Below are positions 26,152-39,147 of a DNA stretch of 64,000 bases, piece by piece (positions within the stretch are counted from its first letter, which is position 1; every line of letters starts with the position of its first letter). The position numbers were made by a program, and so were the translations under genes. Origin of the DNA: Camelus ferus (Eukaryota); NCBI RefSeq assembly GCF_009834535.1, contig NC_045696.1, positions 16,432,001 to 16,496,000 on the forward strand, given 5' to 3'. Under the pieces are notes generated by a model. That model did no database searches. It saw nothing but the letters and a program-made list of their open reading frames with translations, and was not told where the DNA came from.

Positions 26152-27036
26152 ACTATCCAAATCTCTCCCCACCTCCACCATCCTTATCAGTTGATGAGAA
26201 ATTACAGACTTGGGCCAAGTGGCCTGGCTTGGGTTCCAGTCTAGATCTGAGAACCACCTTGCTATGAGTCGTGTACTGCCACGAACAACACACTGCAGTC
26301 ATTCACATTCAATTCCTTTGTTCAAACGTCACCTCAGAGAAATCTGATGTCTTACCTACTTAGAATAAGTTAGGGCTTCATGATAAACATTGCCATCATT
26401 AATTCTATCCATCCATTTCTTCCACCGACTTCACCTCATCCCCCTTCCATTTAATCGACAGGTATATATTTACATGTACTATTAACCAAGCACTTTGCTC
26501 AGCGTGGGTCATACACTGGTGAGCAAACATCAGGAAATTTCTTCCCTCATGGAGTTTCTATTTTAGTGGGAAAGAAAAATAGAATTCAACTAAACACACA
26601 AATAAATGCCCATTTCTCAACAGGTACACTGAAATCAGAGTTTAAATAAAACAACAATAACAAAAGCAACCTCCTCAACTACTAAGAAGAAATAATATTG
26701 ACAAATAAAAGTAAAGGGAAAGAATGGAAATAAACATGATATTAGACATAATAAGATTGAGACAAAAGAGTGGTCCAGTTATATTTGGGGTGAATGTTAA
26801 GAAGATGATATATAATTAGAGCATAAGGAATCACTGTCTTCTTGAGTGAAGATCACAAAAAGGGATAAGCACTCAGAAAAATGAGAGGGATGAGGCCAGC
26901 TATCTATGGAACAAATTCTCAGATTTTCAAATTCCAGTTCCATCTCTTTTCACCCTGGATAAGTGAGCTTAGACAAGAAATTTAGCTTTCCTGAGCCTTA
27001 GGATCCCTATTTGTATGTTGAAGATATTCCCCATCT

Positions 27037-27130
27037 GGGGGGAGGGAAATAGCTCAGTGATAGAGTGCATACTTAGCATGCACAAGGTCATGGGTTCAAT
27101 CCCCAGGACCTCTACGAAAAAAAAAAAAGA
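27037..27130 (+). mobile_element. tRNA-derived SINE (camelid vic-1 type)
   Basis: A box TAGCTCAGTGATAG, B box GGTTCAATCC, poly(A) tail. Confidence 0.85.
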
Positions 27131-27309
27131 AAGACATGTTCTATCTCATGCATTTGTTGAGGACTTAAAAAGAAAGTCCTAGGAATAGTGTCTGATATAT
27201 ACATAAGCCTTCAATAAAGTTTCTAATCTGGACATGAAACATGAGTGGATCAATCACAAATAGACCTGTGGGGTGAAATTTAGTCTTGATGAACATTCTT
27301 GTTTTTTCA

Positions 27310-28440
27310 ACAACACCGTAATAGCAAGGAATGTACTTGTGCCGAGCTTTTGGTTCCTAATACCATTCTCCAATTAAAGGAACCAGGGCTCCTCGGAGCC
27401 ATAGCTGATTCTAGGACTGGAGTAGAAAATATACAAGATCGGCCTGGAGCAGTTTGTGGTACCAGAAGGTAAGGAAGTACTAAAAACAAACAAGCAAAAT
27501 CCAAAACACATATATACACAATGATGGGGAAATGTCAAAGGGGCATAGGAACCAATTGAAAGAACTCCCAATGCCAAAGCTCGACAATCTAAAACAAAAT
27601 AGTATTGGACTATAATCCAAAGTATAAAATAAATGTTGATGACCTTACACTGATATAAAAAATGAATGGAATAATGAATGAATGGAGGAGGGGGGAGAGA
27701 CATATCTCTCAAGTAGAAGAATTCCAAATAATTTATGGAGATATTCCACTCTCAAGGAGATGGAGCATAACTCCTCTTCCTTAAGTGTGTTGTACATAGT
27801 GACTTCCTTCCCCAAAAATACAGTGTGTGGGGAGTGGGTGGGAGGGGGGAAGGTAACCCATGGAGATACCTAGCATACATCACCTCAACCAGATACTAAA
27901 GATTAACATCAACAGTGATAAGTCACAATCATAGTATGTACCTTTGATAAGATGTGACGAAAATGATACTTTGCCTTGGTGATCTTCCTCCAAAAAACCC
28001 ATAAACCCAGTCAAAACATGAGAAAAACATCAGAGAAATACCAATTGAGGGAGAGTCCACAAAACATTTCCGCCAATATTCCCAAACCCATTAAGTTAAT
28101 AAAAAACGAGGGAAGTCTGAGAAACTGTCACAGGCTAAGATGCATCTAAGCATACACGATGGATAAATGTAATGGAGAGTCCTGGATGGAATCCAGGAAC
28201 AGAAAAAGAACATTAGGGAAGAATGAAGGAAATCTGAACAAGATGTGAATTTCAGTTAATAATAATGTATCAGTACTGGTTGTTTAATTGTGACAAATGT
28301 ATTATACTAATTAGCAAAATGATATTAGAGGAAAGTGGGTGTGGTGTACATGGGAACTCTCCACTATCTTTGAAATTTTTCTTTAAATCTGAAAGTGTTA
28401 CAAAATTTTTAAGTTTATTAACAAGAAAAAAAAAATTCTT
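27310..28440 (+). mobile_element. Old L1 (L1MC-like) 3' region
   Basis: CCTGGATGGAATCCAGGAACAGAAAAAGAACATTAG...TAATTGTGACAAATGTA...GGGAACTCTCCACTATCTTTG L1MC motifs. Confidence 0.7.
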
Positions 28441-29369
28441 GCAATAGCAGATCTTTCAGCATCCCAGGAACAATACGGAAAGATCCCTGAACACTTCTAA
28501 ATTAATCCTCTATGTAGGAGGCAGAGTTAGAAGGGCCAATGTGCTAGCTTTACCCAAGGCTTGAAAGAGTTTATTCTGCCTATTTATTTAAGCCCGTGCT
28601 TGCCTCTGGGTTGTTTCTTGGCTACAATTTCAAATTTAGGGTGTATTGTTTCTATTTTGATTACTGAATAGACATACCAGAGTAAAACCATTTTCTCTGC
28701 TTTTAATCAGTGACAATTCTACACTACAGTCAGCCCTTTTTATTTGAAATGTAGGATTGTCAACGAAATACATAACTTTCTCAGTAGTTCTGTTACAATT
28801 TCGCCAGCCTACCTCTTTGTTGCCTTTCAGCATCAGTGATTTTTTTTTTCTCTGAGCGTTCAACATGATACCAATTGATATTTCAAAATTGCATCATGGT
28901 TTTATTGTGAAGCCTTGCCTTACTGGTTTGACTTTCTATAATATAGGTCAGCACAAGCCCTTTCAAATGAGACAGCTTGCACCTTCTCCCGCCACTAAGG
29001 GACAGAGCTCACACCACGTTGAGCTGAGCAACACTCACTTCGGCAATGAGAGCGCTAGAAAAAGTCATTGTGCTATGTATTAGACACTTATCTGGCAGGT
29101 TATTTTAAGTATTATATTGCCAGACCTTGAATAGTAACAATAATAAACCATTCCATTAAAAGTAAAGAAAACTAAAGAAAAAAGAAAAACGAAAAAAGGT
29201 AAAAACGAAAGAAAAAGGGTTCGTTGCTTAAGTGCTTAAGATCTAGTGTAATTTCCTCCACTGTAACTTCCTAAAAAGTTAACGCAAGGAAAAGAAAATA
29301 ATAGGAAACGTTCCCACGATTTTAAGTCTTATGAGCCCAGAATCTGTGAAAATCCTGTTTAGAACCATC

Positions 29370-30900
29370 CCGTGAAATTGGCTTTGGGACGTCCCCCCGC
29401 TGCTCGATCATTCAGCTTCTGTGTCTTTCTAGCATCACCCCGTTGGCCGTCCGCTGAGGACACAGCAGCTGGCTGGAGTGCCCAGACCAGACCGCTCGAA
29501 CTGAATGTAGATGTGCAGGTGGAGACGATAAAAGTAATTCTGGGTCCGCAGCCACGAATTCCCTCCCACACCCCCCGACACACACACTCCCCCAAAGTGC
29601 ACGGCATATCACCCCCACAATTGGGACCCGCAGAAGCTGAGAAAACTCCGACACTGCCCCCTCCTCCGGTACTTAGAGCGTGGTCGGCGCCTGCCTCCGA
29701 GTGATGCCATCTTGGGATCTTAGCATCTTCTAAGGAGTTAGTGAGTTTTGCATTCTGTTCACGTCCCTGTGTCTTTGAAAACTTAACCCAACTTTTCAAG
29801 AAAATGAGAACCTCGGGGCGTGACCCTTAATTTTCTCTAGCTAGACCCGACAAAATCAGATGCTATTTACAATAAACTGGAGACCTCCGGCCCCCCGCCC
29901 CGCCGGCACCCCTGGTCCGCGGCTCGCTGGGTGTCAAGGCAGACGCCCCGCGGCAGCCCCTCCGCCCCCGCGCAGGCTGTGGAGACAGCCCTCCGCCAGC
30001 GCGGCGTCCAGGGGCTGGAGGTTTGGAGGAGCTGGTCTCAGCAGGAGCGGGTGGGAGGGTGAAGGTACCCCTGCAACTTACAGTCCAGGGCGACCACCAG
30101 GTAGCGCAGCAGCAGGAGGAGGAGGCGGTGGCGGCTCCTCCTCGCCATCTTCGCGGAGTCGGGGCTGGCGGCTCCGCCGAAGCCGAGGGTCCCGGCGGCG
30201 GGAGCGCGGGAGGCCGGCGGGGGCGGGGGGGGGGGGCCCTGAACTTGTAGCGCGGGAGAGGAGAGACGCGCGCAGGGGAGGGGAGGCGCGGACTCGGACG
30301 GGATGTCAGTTCCCCCGTTCCAGGGGCGCCTTGCAGGCGGTTGTCTAGCGGCGGGTCTGGCCTAGCCAGCGGCCTGGGGGTCTGGGCAGTTCTTTTTTTT
30401 TGGGGGGGGGGTTGGGGGGCGATGAGAGGGGGCGGGCAGTGGAAGCCGGACGAGCTGTCGGCTTGGTCCTAATGAGCGGGCAGGAGGAGGCGACGAGCGG
30501 AAGGGAAGCCCTGGCGGGGCGTCCCCCGCCCCCGCGCCGCCGGGATTGATCGGCTTTGTGTCTGGTCCGGCGCGGGGCTGCCAGCTGTCCCCGGGGCGAG
30601 GAGCCCGGGCGCGGGAGGCGCTGGCCCCCGGGGTGGGGGTGGGGTGGGGCGTGGTGGAGGGCGAACGCCGCCTGCCCTGCGCCAACTCCTCTCTCCCCCT
30701 CCTTGGCACAAAACTTCTTTGGGGGGGGGGGGTTAGCCTAGGAGTGGAGAATTTTGGAAAATTTCTAGCCCACAGGCGACGCTGCGGGGGAGGCCTTCCA
30801 GGGAGATGGGGTTCGCCGGCTCCGGCTTGGAGGCGAAGGGGAAAAAAACAGCAATCAACATTCGCACTGGAAGGCAGGTCTCAGATTTTAGCAGCCGCCT
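29370..30900. promoter_or_regulatory. CpG island / JAM2 promoter and first exon
   Basis: Very high GC and CpG density around the JAM2 ATG, with GC boxes (GGGGCGGGG) and G-runs. Confidence 0.9.
30082..30148 (-). CDS. JAM2: JAM2 (junctional adhesion molecule B) coding exon 1, signal peptide
   Basis: Minus strand reads gaagATGG (strong Kozak), then MARRSRHRLLLLLLRYLVVALD plus 1 nt, then a GTAAGT donor at 30081-30076. 67 nt; matches the recalled JAM2 N-terminus. Confidence 0.97.
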
Positions 30901-32494
30901 TGGCCCCTTCTCAATCTAAGCTTTCTGCTTCTTGGAGAGTTAAGGTGTGTTTTGTGTTCTTTGCTTTTCACGTGTCAGAGTTGGAAGTTCATCTAATGGT
31001 GTGAAATATTTATCATGTTTCCTTCCAGTTACATAACTGCCGCCTGTGGAGTTTTCCACATGTTAAAACTCTACAGCTGCCCTTTGTCAGGTTTATTTTT
31101 GGTCTACAGTGCTTTTAAAAGGGAAACCATTATGAATGCTCTGTTGCGCTCTTTAAAATTGACCCGCACTTATATTGCACACAGTCCAAGGGGCTAAACA
31201 GGCGATTTTTAGATTTTCTCCTAGGGACCAAAAATGTCTGGTGCGTTCAACAGTATTGACAGGTCTGGAAAAAGGCCATTCCCAAGAGACGAAATTGTTA
31301 TATATGTTTTTTTTTTTTTAACATAGAATAATGGATAAAGTTCTGTATAGAAGACAGTTGATTTAGTCGTGTGCACACAAAGAATTTAGCTAGCTCTGTG
31401 GACAAAGGCAGCCAGAGTTCAGATACTCAGAGCTGTGAGGAATGAGGCATCCCTGCTGTTTCCTTGGTGACAGTGATGGAAGCTTAGTACCCATGGCGGG
31501 AGAGGGGCAGAGGACCTAGAAAGGAAAGTCAAACAGCAAAAATGTTAGAGCTATACTCTCATCAAGCAAGGAGAAGGGACACAGATTTAACAACAGGCTT
31601 ATGCTAGTTTTTTCTGGGCAGAAACAAAAAAGATTTAATGCTTTACAAGTTTTGGCATCCTCTTTTCTCAGTCTTGCCACAGCGATCTGTCTCTGTTGTT
31701 CCTCCCTAAAGATCCACATGAAAAAGGAATACTTTTTTTTTTTATTCTGTGACGTCTTATGTGAATAATTGATTCACTCAGTTATCTGTCACCCAGTGAA
31801 AGCATTTGTCAAAGAGCTACAATGTAGAGGATGCTGGCGGACAATGATGAACAAGACTGAGTTTTTGCTGCTAATGAGTTCACAGTCTTGAGGAAAGAGA
31901 GACAGTCTCATCTGGAAAGACCTCTAATACTATGTGTTAAGTGCTACGGGAGGACAGAAAATAAAAACAGTTTTTATTGAGTGCTCTCTCAGTGGTGGAG
32001 TCTGAATAGTGCAATATCTAATCCCCCAACAACTCTGTAAGGGAGCAAATGTTTTCATTCCCACTTTACAGATGAGAAAACCAGGCTGAGAAATGTTAAA
32101 TAGCTCGTTCAAGGTCGAGGATAAGGGGATGCGCCTATATTGGGGATGCCTGCAGGACGTATAACCTAGACACGTCTTCCCATATACTCTTTATTAGGCA
32201 TGAAAAGTTGAGGCAAAATTTGACAGGAAGGAAGTAAAGGAAGGGCATTCTAGGTAGAGCAAAGAGCAGGATCAAAAGCTGAGAGATCTCAAAATTACAG
32301 CGTGTTTAAGAAAAGCAGGTTTCTACAGTGCTAGAGTCCATGTGGAATTGGGGCAGGGGGTGTAGCAGAAACTGAAAAGATGGTTGGATTATGAAGGTCA
32401 TTCAGCGTTACAGTATGATGACGCTAGACCTTATCCTGTAGGTAAAGAGCTTTTTGCAAGCACTAGGGTAGGTATAAAAAAAAAAATCCATATT

Positions 32495-32710
32495 TTAGAA
32501 CTGTGCCATCAAATATGGTAACCTCTAGATCCATGTGGCTATATAAATTTGAATTCAATTAAGTTTAAAATTCAGTTCTTCAGTCACCCTGCCACATTTG
32601 AAGTTCCCTATAACCACATAGGGATAGGATAGTGGCTACCCTCCTGGACAATGCAGATATAGAGCATTTCCATCATTGTAGAAAGTTCTGTAAGACATTG
32701 GTGCTGTAGA
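32495..32710. mobile_element. MER3-like hAT MITE
   Basis: CATGTGGCTAT...AAAATTCAGTTCTTCAGTCAC...CATTTCCATCATTGTAGAAAGTTCT. Confidence 0.7.
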
Positions 32711-33285
32711 ATGATGATTTGTATGGAAATGGAGAGCATGGATTAGAGATAAGGGAATCAGAATGTTAGACAAGTCTGAAAACGATTGCAGTGTTGCAAG
32801 AATAAGACGAAGCATGAAGTACATGGTCACAGTGGGGTGGATGAAAACACAGGTAGATCAAATGATGTTTCACAAACCTGGCCAGCAGGACTCTGTCATC
32901 AATTAGATACAGGGGGAGAAAGAGGAGAAGTAGTAACTGAGATTTCTAGCCTGAGTGGCCATTTGTGCTGGTTATAAATAGCATCACTACCTGGAGAAGA
33001 ATCATAGGGAGCATACATGGTTCCAGCAGGTTTGGGATGAGTGGACGAAGGGCTGTCTAGATGAGGTGACCGGCAAACTATTAGAAAGTTTGGGCTAGAG
33101 ATCAGGAACCCTTGCAATTGACTAAAGAAATACATGTAAATATTATCAGTATCTCCTAAAACAGTGATTGCTAAGAATGCATCTCAGAATCCCCTAGAAA
33201 TACTTAAATGTGATTCTCTGCTTAAAATTATGTTAAAAATTCTGAGTTCCAGAAGTTTCTATCTCAGGGGCACCTGGGAAGCTGC

Positions 33286-33857
33286 ACAGTCTCTTCCTTA
33301 GTGTCTGAGGGGGATTGGTTTCAGGACTCCCGAGGGATACCAAAATCTGAGGATGCTCAAGACCCTTATTTAAAATGCCCTTAGTATTTGTATGTAGGCT
33401 ATGCACATCCTCCCATATACTTTATTTATTTTTATTATTATTTTTATCAAAATATAGTCAGTTTATAATGTGTCAATTTCTGGTGTATAGCATAATAGTT
33501 CAGTCATATATATACATATATTCATATATTCATATATGAATACATATATTCATTTTTATATTCTTTTTCATTAAGGTTATTACAAGATATTGAATACAGT
33601 TCCCTGTGCTATACAGTATAAACTTGTTGTTTATTTTATATATAGTAGTTAGTATCTGCAAATCTCCCATATACTTTAAATCACCTCTAGATTACTTATA
33701 ATAGCTAATACCATGTAAATGCTATGTAAAGAGTTGCCAGCATACAACAAATTCAAATTTTGTTTTTTTGGAACTTTCTGGAATTTTTTGAATATTTTGT
33801 TCTGTGGTTGGTTGAATCTGAGGATGCAGAATCTGTGGACCCAGAGGGCTGACTGTA
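33286..33857 (+). mobile_element. MER2 (Tigger-family MITE) interrupted by an L1
   Basis: GGGGGATTGGTTTCAGGAC...GATACCAAAATCTGAGGATGCTCAAG...GAGGGCTGACTG; matches the recalled MER2 consensus. Confidence 0.8.
33425..33663 (-). mobile_element. L1 3' end inserted in MER2, 15-bp TSD
   Basis: CTCCCATATACTTTA at 33410-33424 and 33664-33678 flanks an antisense L1 3'UTR. Confidence 0.88.
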
Positions 33858-34069
33858 TGACTGATAAGAACCCTGGTTGATTCTGATACAACTGTTCAGT
33901 AGACTGGTGTATGAGAACCTTTCTAGAAGACTGGAGAAGATAAGAGAGTGAATGAATGAGATCAATCAGAAAAAAAAAAAAAAAGATGAATGTTCCTCTA
34001 GAGATAAATCTAAGGAAATAAAGCCTATAAGAGGTAGGAAGAAGATCTGTGTTAAAAAAAAAAATAATG

Positions 34070-35040
34070 AGTGAATCTAGACACAGACCTTATACTCCTC
34101 ACAAAAATTTACTCAAAATAGATCACAGACCTAAATGTAAAATGTGAAACTACAAGCCTCCTAGAAGATAATGTGGGGAAGGAAAAATAATTTTTCCTCT
34201 ACCATTCTAGGCTGTTGGCTGAGATCCCCCCTATAATCAAAAGACAGATTAATGAGAAAAAATAAGCATGTTTAACAACACGTGTACCTCCTGTATACAT
34301 GGGAGATATCCAAGGACACTGAATAACTCTCCAAAATAGCCCAAGCCACCACCTTAAATACCATCTCCAGCTGAAGACAAAGATGTTGGAGTCTCCCTCT
34401 GCCCCTCAGGCCAGTTATGGGAAAAGCACAGTAAACAAGGGTGAGGTTGCTATGCAGATTTAATTCATGCCTTCACCATTGATAAGTGTTTCCAGAGATT
34501 TAGTGTCATCTTTTTCCAAGTACAGAGAGGGAGATAACCACACAAATGGAGATTTCTCTTTAAATACAAATGTCTCCTACAAAAGGGTCATGTCTATTCA
34601 TTTTCAGAGCTTTACCTATGTCTGTTGTTTCTTAAAAGTAATCAGTCTAAAATAATTCTTATCCCAAAGAGGCATATTTTGGGATGACAAATTCTGCTCC
34701 CCTCCAGTAACATGGGACAAAATCTAGAGGATCTTGGGTTTGTTGATGACCTTTTAGATATAATACCAAAGGTGTGATCCATGAAAGAAAGGATTGATAA
34801 ACTGGATTTCATTAAAATTAAAAAAAAAAACTTCTGCTCTTTGGAAGAAATTTCAAGAGAATTAGAAGCCACAGACTGGGAGAAAAATATTTGCAAAAAG
34901 CATATCAGGTAAAGCACTGTTACCCAAAATATACAAAGAACTCTTAAAACTCAACAATAAGGAAACTGGCTTTAAAAATTGGTCAAAGACTTTGATGGAC
35001 ACCTCACCAAAGAATATATACAGATAGCAAATATATAAAA
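34070..35040 (+). mobile_element. L1 ORF2 fragment interrupted by an LTR
   Basis: ACTCAAAATAGATCACAGACCTAAATGTAA...ACTGGGAGAAAAATATTTGCAAA...CTCAACAATAAG L1 ORF2 motifs. Confidence 0.75.
34172..34706. mobile_element. ERV1-like solo LTR
   Basis: TG...CA termini; 4-bp TSD-like ATAA/GTAA; splits contiguous L1 sequence CTAGAAGATAA|CATGGGACAAAATCT. Confidence 0.65.
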
Positions 35041-35356
35041 ATAATGAACAGAAATCTCAATTAAATACAGTTGGGAGACCAGAATAAGAAATTCTCACAC
35101 CCTGCAACAATAGCAGAGCCCAGCAGGAAGAAGAAAGACGCCTCTTCTTTCTTGTTAAGGACTCAGCTATTGGGAAGCTGTGGGCTCTTTGTTTATTATA
35201 GCCCTCCCAACTATCTTTTCCCACTCTATTAAAGTGTTCTCTTTTCCTTGCAGTGCAGGGACTTGCATGTGGCTCATCGTGCTTGCAGACCCCAAATTGC
35301 AATTTCCTGCTGATCCCAAATAAACCCATCTTTGCTGGAGAAATAACCGGCAGTTG

Positions 35357-35618
35357 AAAGATTACTGCTTATTACAAAAACTGACATCTCAACTTAATGA
35401 TTTTAGTGCTTTTCTATGTATGGGAAGATACAAGAGTCTGGGCTCATTGAAATTATTCCTTTGATATGCATCTTAACTATCTAGGGCCAATATCCTGCTT
35501 TTCTCCATCCTGAATTCCCCTCGGGACACACAGGTGAGGGTGGCTGCAATGGCAGATGACTTGATGTCAGGCAATGATTTTGCTTACTGAAATGGCAGGC
35601 AACAGTTCTTTGTCTACA
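35357..35618 (-). mobile_element. Partial LTR related to 35755-36238, inverted
   Basis: Reverse complement aligns with 35755-~36060. Confidence 0.7.
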
Positions 35619-35754
35619 GTCCAAACCCATAGAATATACAATACCAAGAGTGAACCCTAATGTAAACTATGGACTCTGGGTCATTATGATGTGTCAGTGT
35701 ATATTCATTGACTGTAACAAATGTATCACTCTAGTGGAAGATGTTGATAATGGA

Positions 35755-36238
35755 TGTGGATAAAAAATGTTGCCTGCCATATCAGTAAACAAAGGAATGC
35801 TATGTCTATGGAGTCATCAGCCACTGCCTCAGCCTCTGACAGTGAGTGGAGGGAACTTAGGATGGAAATAAGCAGGCAGCCTGGCCCTGCACCCAGAGGG
35901 AACTCAGGCTGTGAAAGAACAGAATACTGGCCTTAGACAACTAGATGAATATCAAAGGGATGATTTCAGTGAGCCCAGACTTTTGCATCTTGTCATACAT
36001 AGAAAAGTGCTAAATTTCTTAACTTGAGATATCTGGTTTTCTTTAACAGTAATCTTTTGATGTTCTGACTACCTGGTATTTGTGGCAAAAATCCTATATA
36101 TCCTGGCTTCTCCCTTGCCTCTCTGAAGCAGTCTTTTAGAGCTATCTGAGAGGCAGCACCCCGGATTTGAGTCCTCAGAAAGTCCAATGAATAAAACATA
36201 ACTCTCAACTCCTAGGATGTGAAATTTTTCAATCCACA
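35755..36238 (+). mobile_element. ERV solo LTR inserted in an L1MC-like fragment
   Basis: TGTGGAT...ATCCACA inverted termini, TATA-like CCTATATA, AATAAA at 36190, TSD-like TGGA/TGGG. Confidence 0.75.
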
Positions 36239-38807
36239 TGGGGGAGATTATGATGTGTTGGGGGCAGGGAATATATGGAAAAATCTCTGTATTTTCTGCT
36301 TAATTTTGTTGTGAACCTAAAAAATAAAGTCTAAGAACAAAATTAAAACAAGCAAATAAATAAATGAAATAAAAGAGCAATAAAAAAATGTATGAGAGGA
36401 AACTGGAGAGAATCAGGAGCCAAGGGTGGAGGTTTTTACCTTCTTGAGTGCTAAAATGATGACTGAGAATTGTCTCCTGCATTTAGTAATCATGAAGGCA
36501 CTGACCACTTGGACAATAGAGAAAGCAAGCCTCCAAAAAACTTGCAGAATAAAATTAGAGACTTGTGTTTTTTACTTAATAAAGTATAAAGCTAGTGCAT
36601 AAGATAAAAACAAGTACTGAAATGATTGCAAACAACGGGCGTAGAACGATGAGAGGGGTGGCAGTAGTTAATAATGCTCCATCAGGGGGTGGTTGGGCAT
36701 TGTTTCTGTTATTGTCCTGCCTGTGAGAATCCCTACCCCAGGGCACCTGGGGCAGCTTACGGGGAGGAAGGGGAGGGGTTAGCATGGGGGTCCCTCCCAG
36801 CTCTGTTCTGTTCTCCGTGATCACCTCTCCCCCCCCCCCATGTGTCATAATCACTTTCACTCTGACACTGTAAGCATTTGGTCAGGTAAACATCCAAGGG
36901 GATTTGGTGTTTTAGGACATCTTACCATTTTTCCTTCTTTCCACCCCCTCTAACTCTGAATCCAAAGTACTGTTGAAGAGGTGTCGAGGCACATTTCCTA
37001 AAACAAGCAATGCAGCGAAGGGCTGGGTTTAAATTGAGTGACTTCTCACAACATCTCAGATTTGGTATTTCTGTGTTGAGTGGCTTATTTTTCCTCAGGG
37101 GTGTGGAGAAGATGTGGGAAAGTGTGCCTCGCATTCTGCAATTTAGAGAAAAGAGGGGGGAAAAGTCTTCCATTTCAAGAACTACGTACATTTCCAAGTG
37201 CCTCTCATATAAATTTCAAGCTCCTACGGATAGAATTTAAGGTTTGGAATGGGACCCTTATTACTTATCCCTCATTATTATCTCCGTAGATCATTTCCTA
37301 GAATAAGACTCATTTCAGTATTTCATTATGATATGCCCACGGGCACACTCATGGGATGTGCTCAAACCACAGCCCTTTCCAGCCAGATAAACCTATTCAG
37401 AGAAGCCCACAGGATCTCCAGTGTGTAGACTGCATGCCTCTCCCAAGGTGACATCTTTCTTCAAGTGTACTGTAACAATACAGTGCTCAAAACTTTCTTC
37501 CAATAAGAAGAACAATAGCAATGTGCTAGCCTCACCTGATTCTGATCACTGCCAGCAGGAACATTCTTTCACATTCTCTGCTCCTAAACGACTAAGCTGC
37601 ATCTATCTGCCAGTTAAGCGAAGTTCGTCAGAGATCAGTCAATTAGTTATGAATGCTGTCTTTCCTCTTTTTAAAAACATTTATTATCAACTAAATGGTT
37701 GGTTTCCTTATTGAATGACAATTAGTCATTTCATAGGGAATTAGGCAATAGGAAAATGATATAAAATGACTTTTTAAATGGCACTTTCTTGTGGGAGGAG
37801 AGAGCATTTAACAAACATTTGCCAGGAGCAAACAAAAAAATGGACAGGTATCACTTAGTCTGTGAGGATGGAGTCCTAACAACTAAAACTTGGGGAGAAA
37901 GATAATGCCCAACTCCATCCCCCATCCCTCATGTCACAGTTAAGGATGATGAGACCCAAAGTAGTGACATAAATTTAGTCACGATCATACAGCAAGATTA
38001 GAAAAGAGCCAAGCCTGGAATGAAAACTGGTTATGTCTTTCCTGTGCCGTCCCCCAAACAGTATAGATCCTCAGCGCTGGCTGGGCATGGCTTTGTATTT
38101 GCCCTTTGTAACTTGACCCAGGTATGTCTGATTTTCTCCCAAGACCCCTTGCCTGGGACAACTACACTTAATGAATGTCCTTAATTAAAGAGTGGGGGGG
38201 GGGCGCGGGAATAACATCTCTCCATTGGGTTGCATATTATCTAATTTAATCCTCATAGTCATGTAAATGATACACTCTTTATTATATCCATTTTACAGGT
38301 GGAGTCCTTGGGACAGAGAGATTGAGTGATGGGCCCATAAACACAGCAGCTCGTGCTGGTGGGCAGAGGGGGTTTGGACCGGCACCTGCCCTAGTCTAGG
38401 CTCAGTGCGCTGAGCCGTGATGTGCACCGCTCACCGTCACCTCCACCTCAGCTGGTCAAGGCCTCTTCACCCTTCTGTCTCTGCTAAACTGCAGTTTCCT
38501 TAGGAAACTTCCCTGCCCTTCCTGACTAGATCAAATCCTATTGCAAGCTCTCTTTACCCCTTCCTCTCTGGTATCAAAGCGGGGATTTTAAACTCAGTTG
38601 GTCACAATCAGTCACCAGTGGGAGACTGTGGACTCCATGAAGACAGGTTCTGTCTAATTTTTATCTCACTGTTACGGTCTCTTTTCCTAACCAAGCGCTT
38701 TTCAGATTTTAAATGCTCAATAAATATTTGACTACTGGTGGGATATATGGGTCCAAAAGTCTTTGACAAGAGTCAGATTGTACTGTAATTTTTTCTTTAA
38801 GCTAACC

Positions 38808-39147
38808 ACGTAGTTCAGGCTGCTGTAACAAAGTACCAGAGACTGGTGGCCTAGAAACAACAGAGGCTTATTTCTCACTGTTCTGGGGCTAGGAGTCTGA
38901 GATCAGGGCGCCAGCACAATCAGGTCCTGGAAAGGACCCTCGTCCGGGTTGCAGACAGCCAAATTCTCATTATATCCTCACATGTGGAAAGAGTGCTCTT
39001 TTTACACATCCACTAATCCCATTCGTGAGGGCTCCACCCTCCTGACCTAATTATCTCCCAAAGTCTCCACCTCCAGATACCATCACACTGGGATTGCGGT
39101 TTCAATATATGAATTTTGAGCAGACACAAACATTCAGTCCATAACAC
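38808..39147 (-). mobile_element. MLT1A-like MaLR LTR
   Basis: GGCTGCTGTAACAAAGTACCAGAGACTGG...AACATTCAGTCCATAACA. Confidence 0.85.

Noticed and set aside
29359..31004. Several 110-162 aa ORFs around the JAM2 promoter
   Set aside because: Pro/Gly/Arg-rich products of GC-rich CpG-island DNA that lacks stops; the real coding part is the 67-nt JAM2 exon 1.
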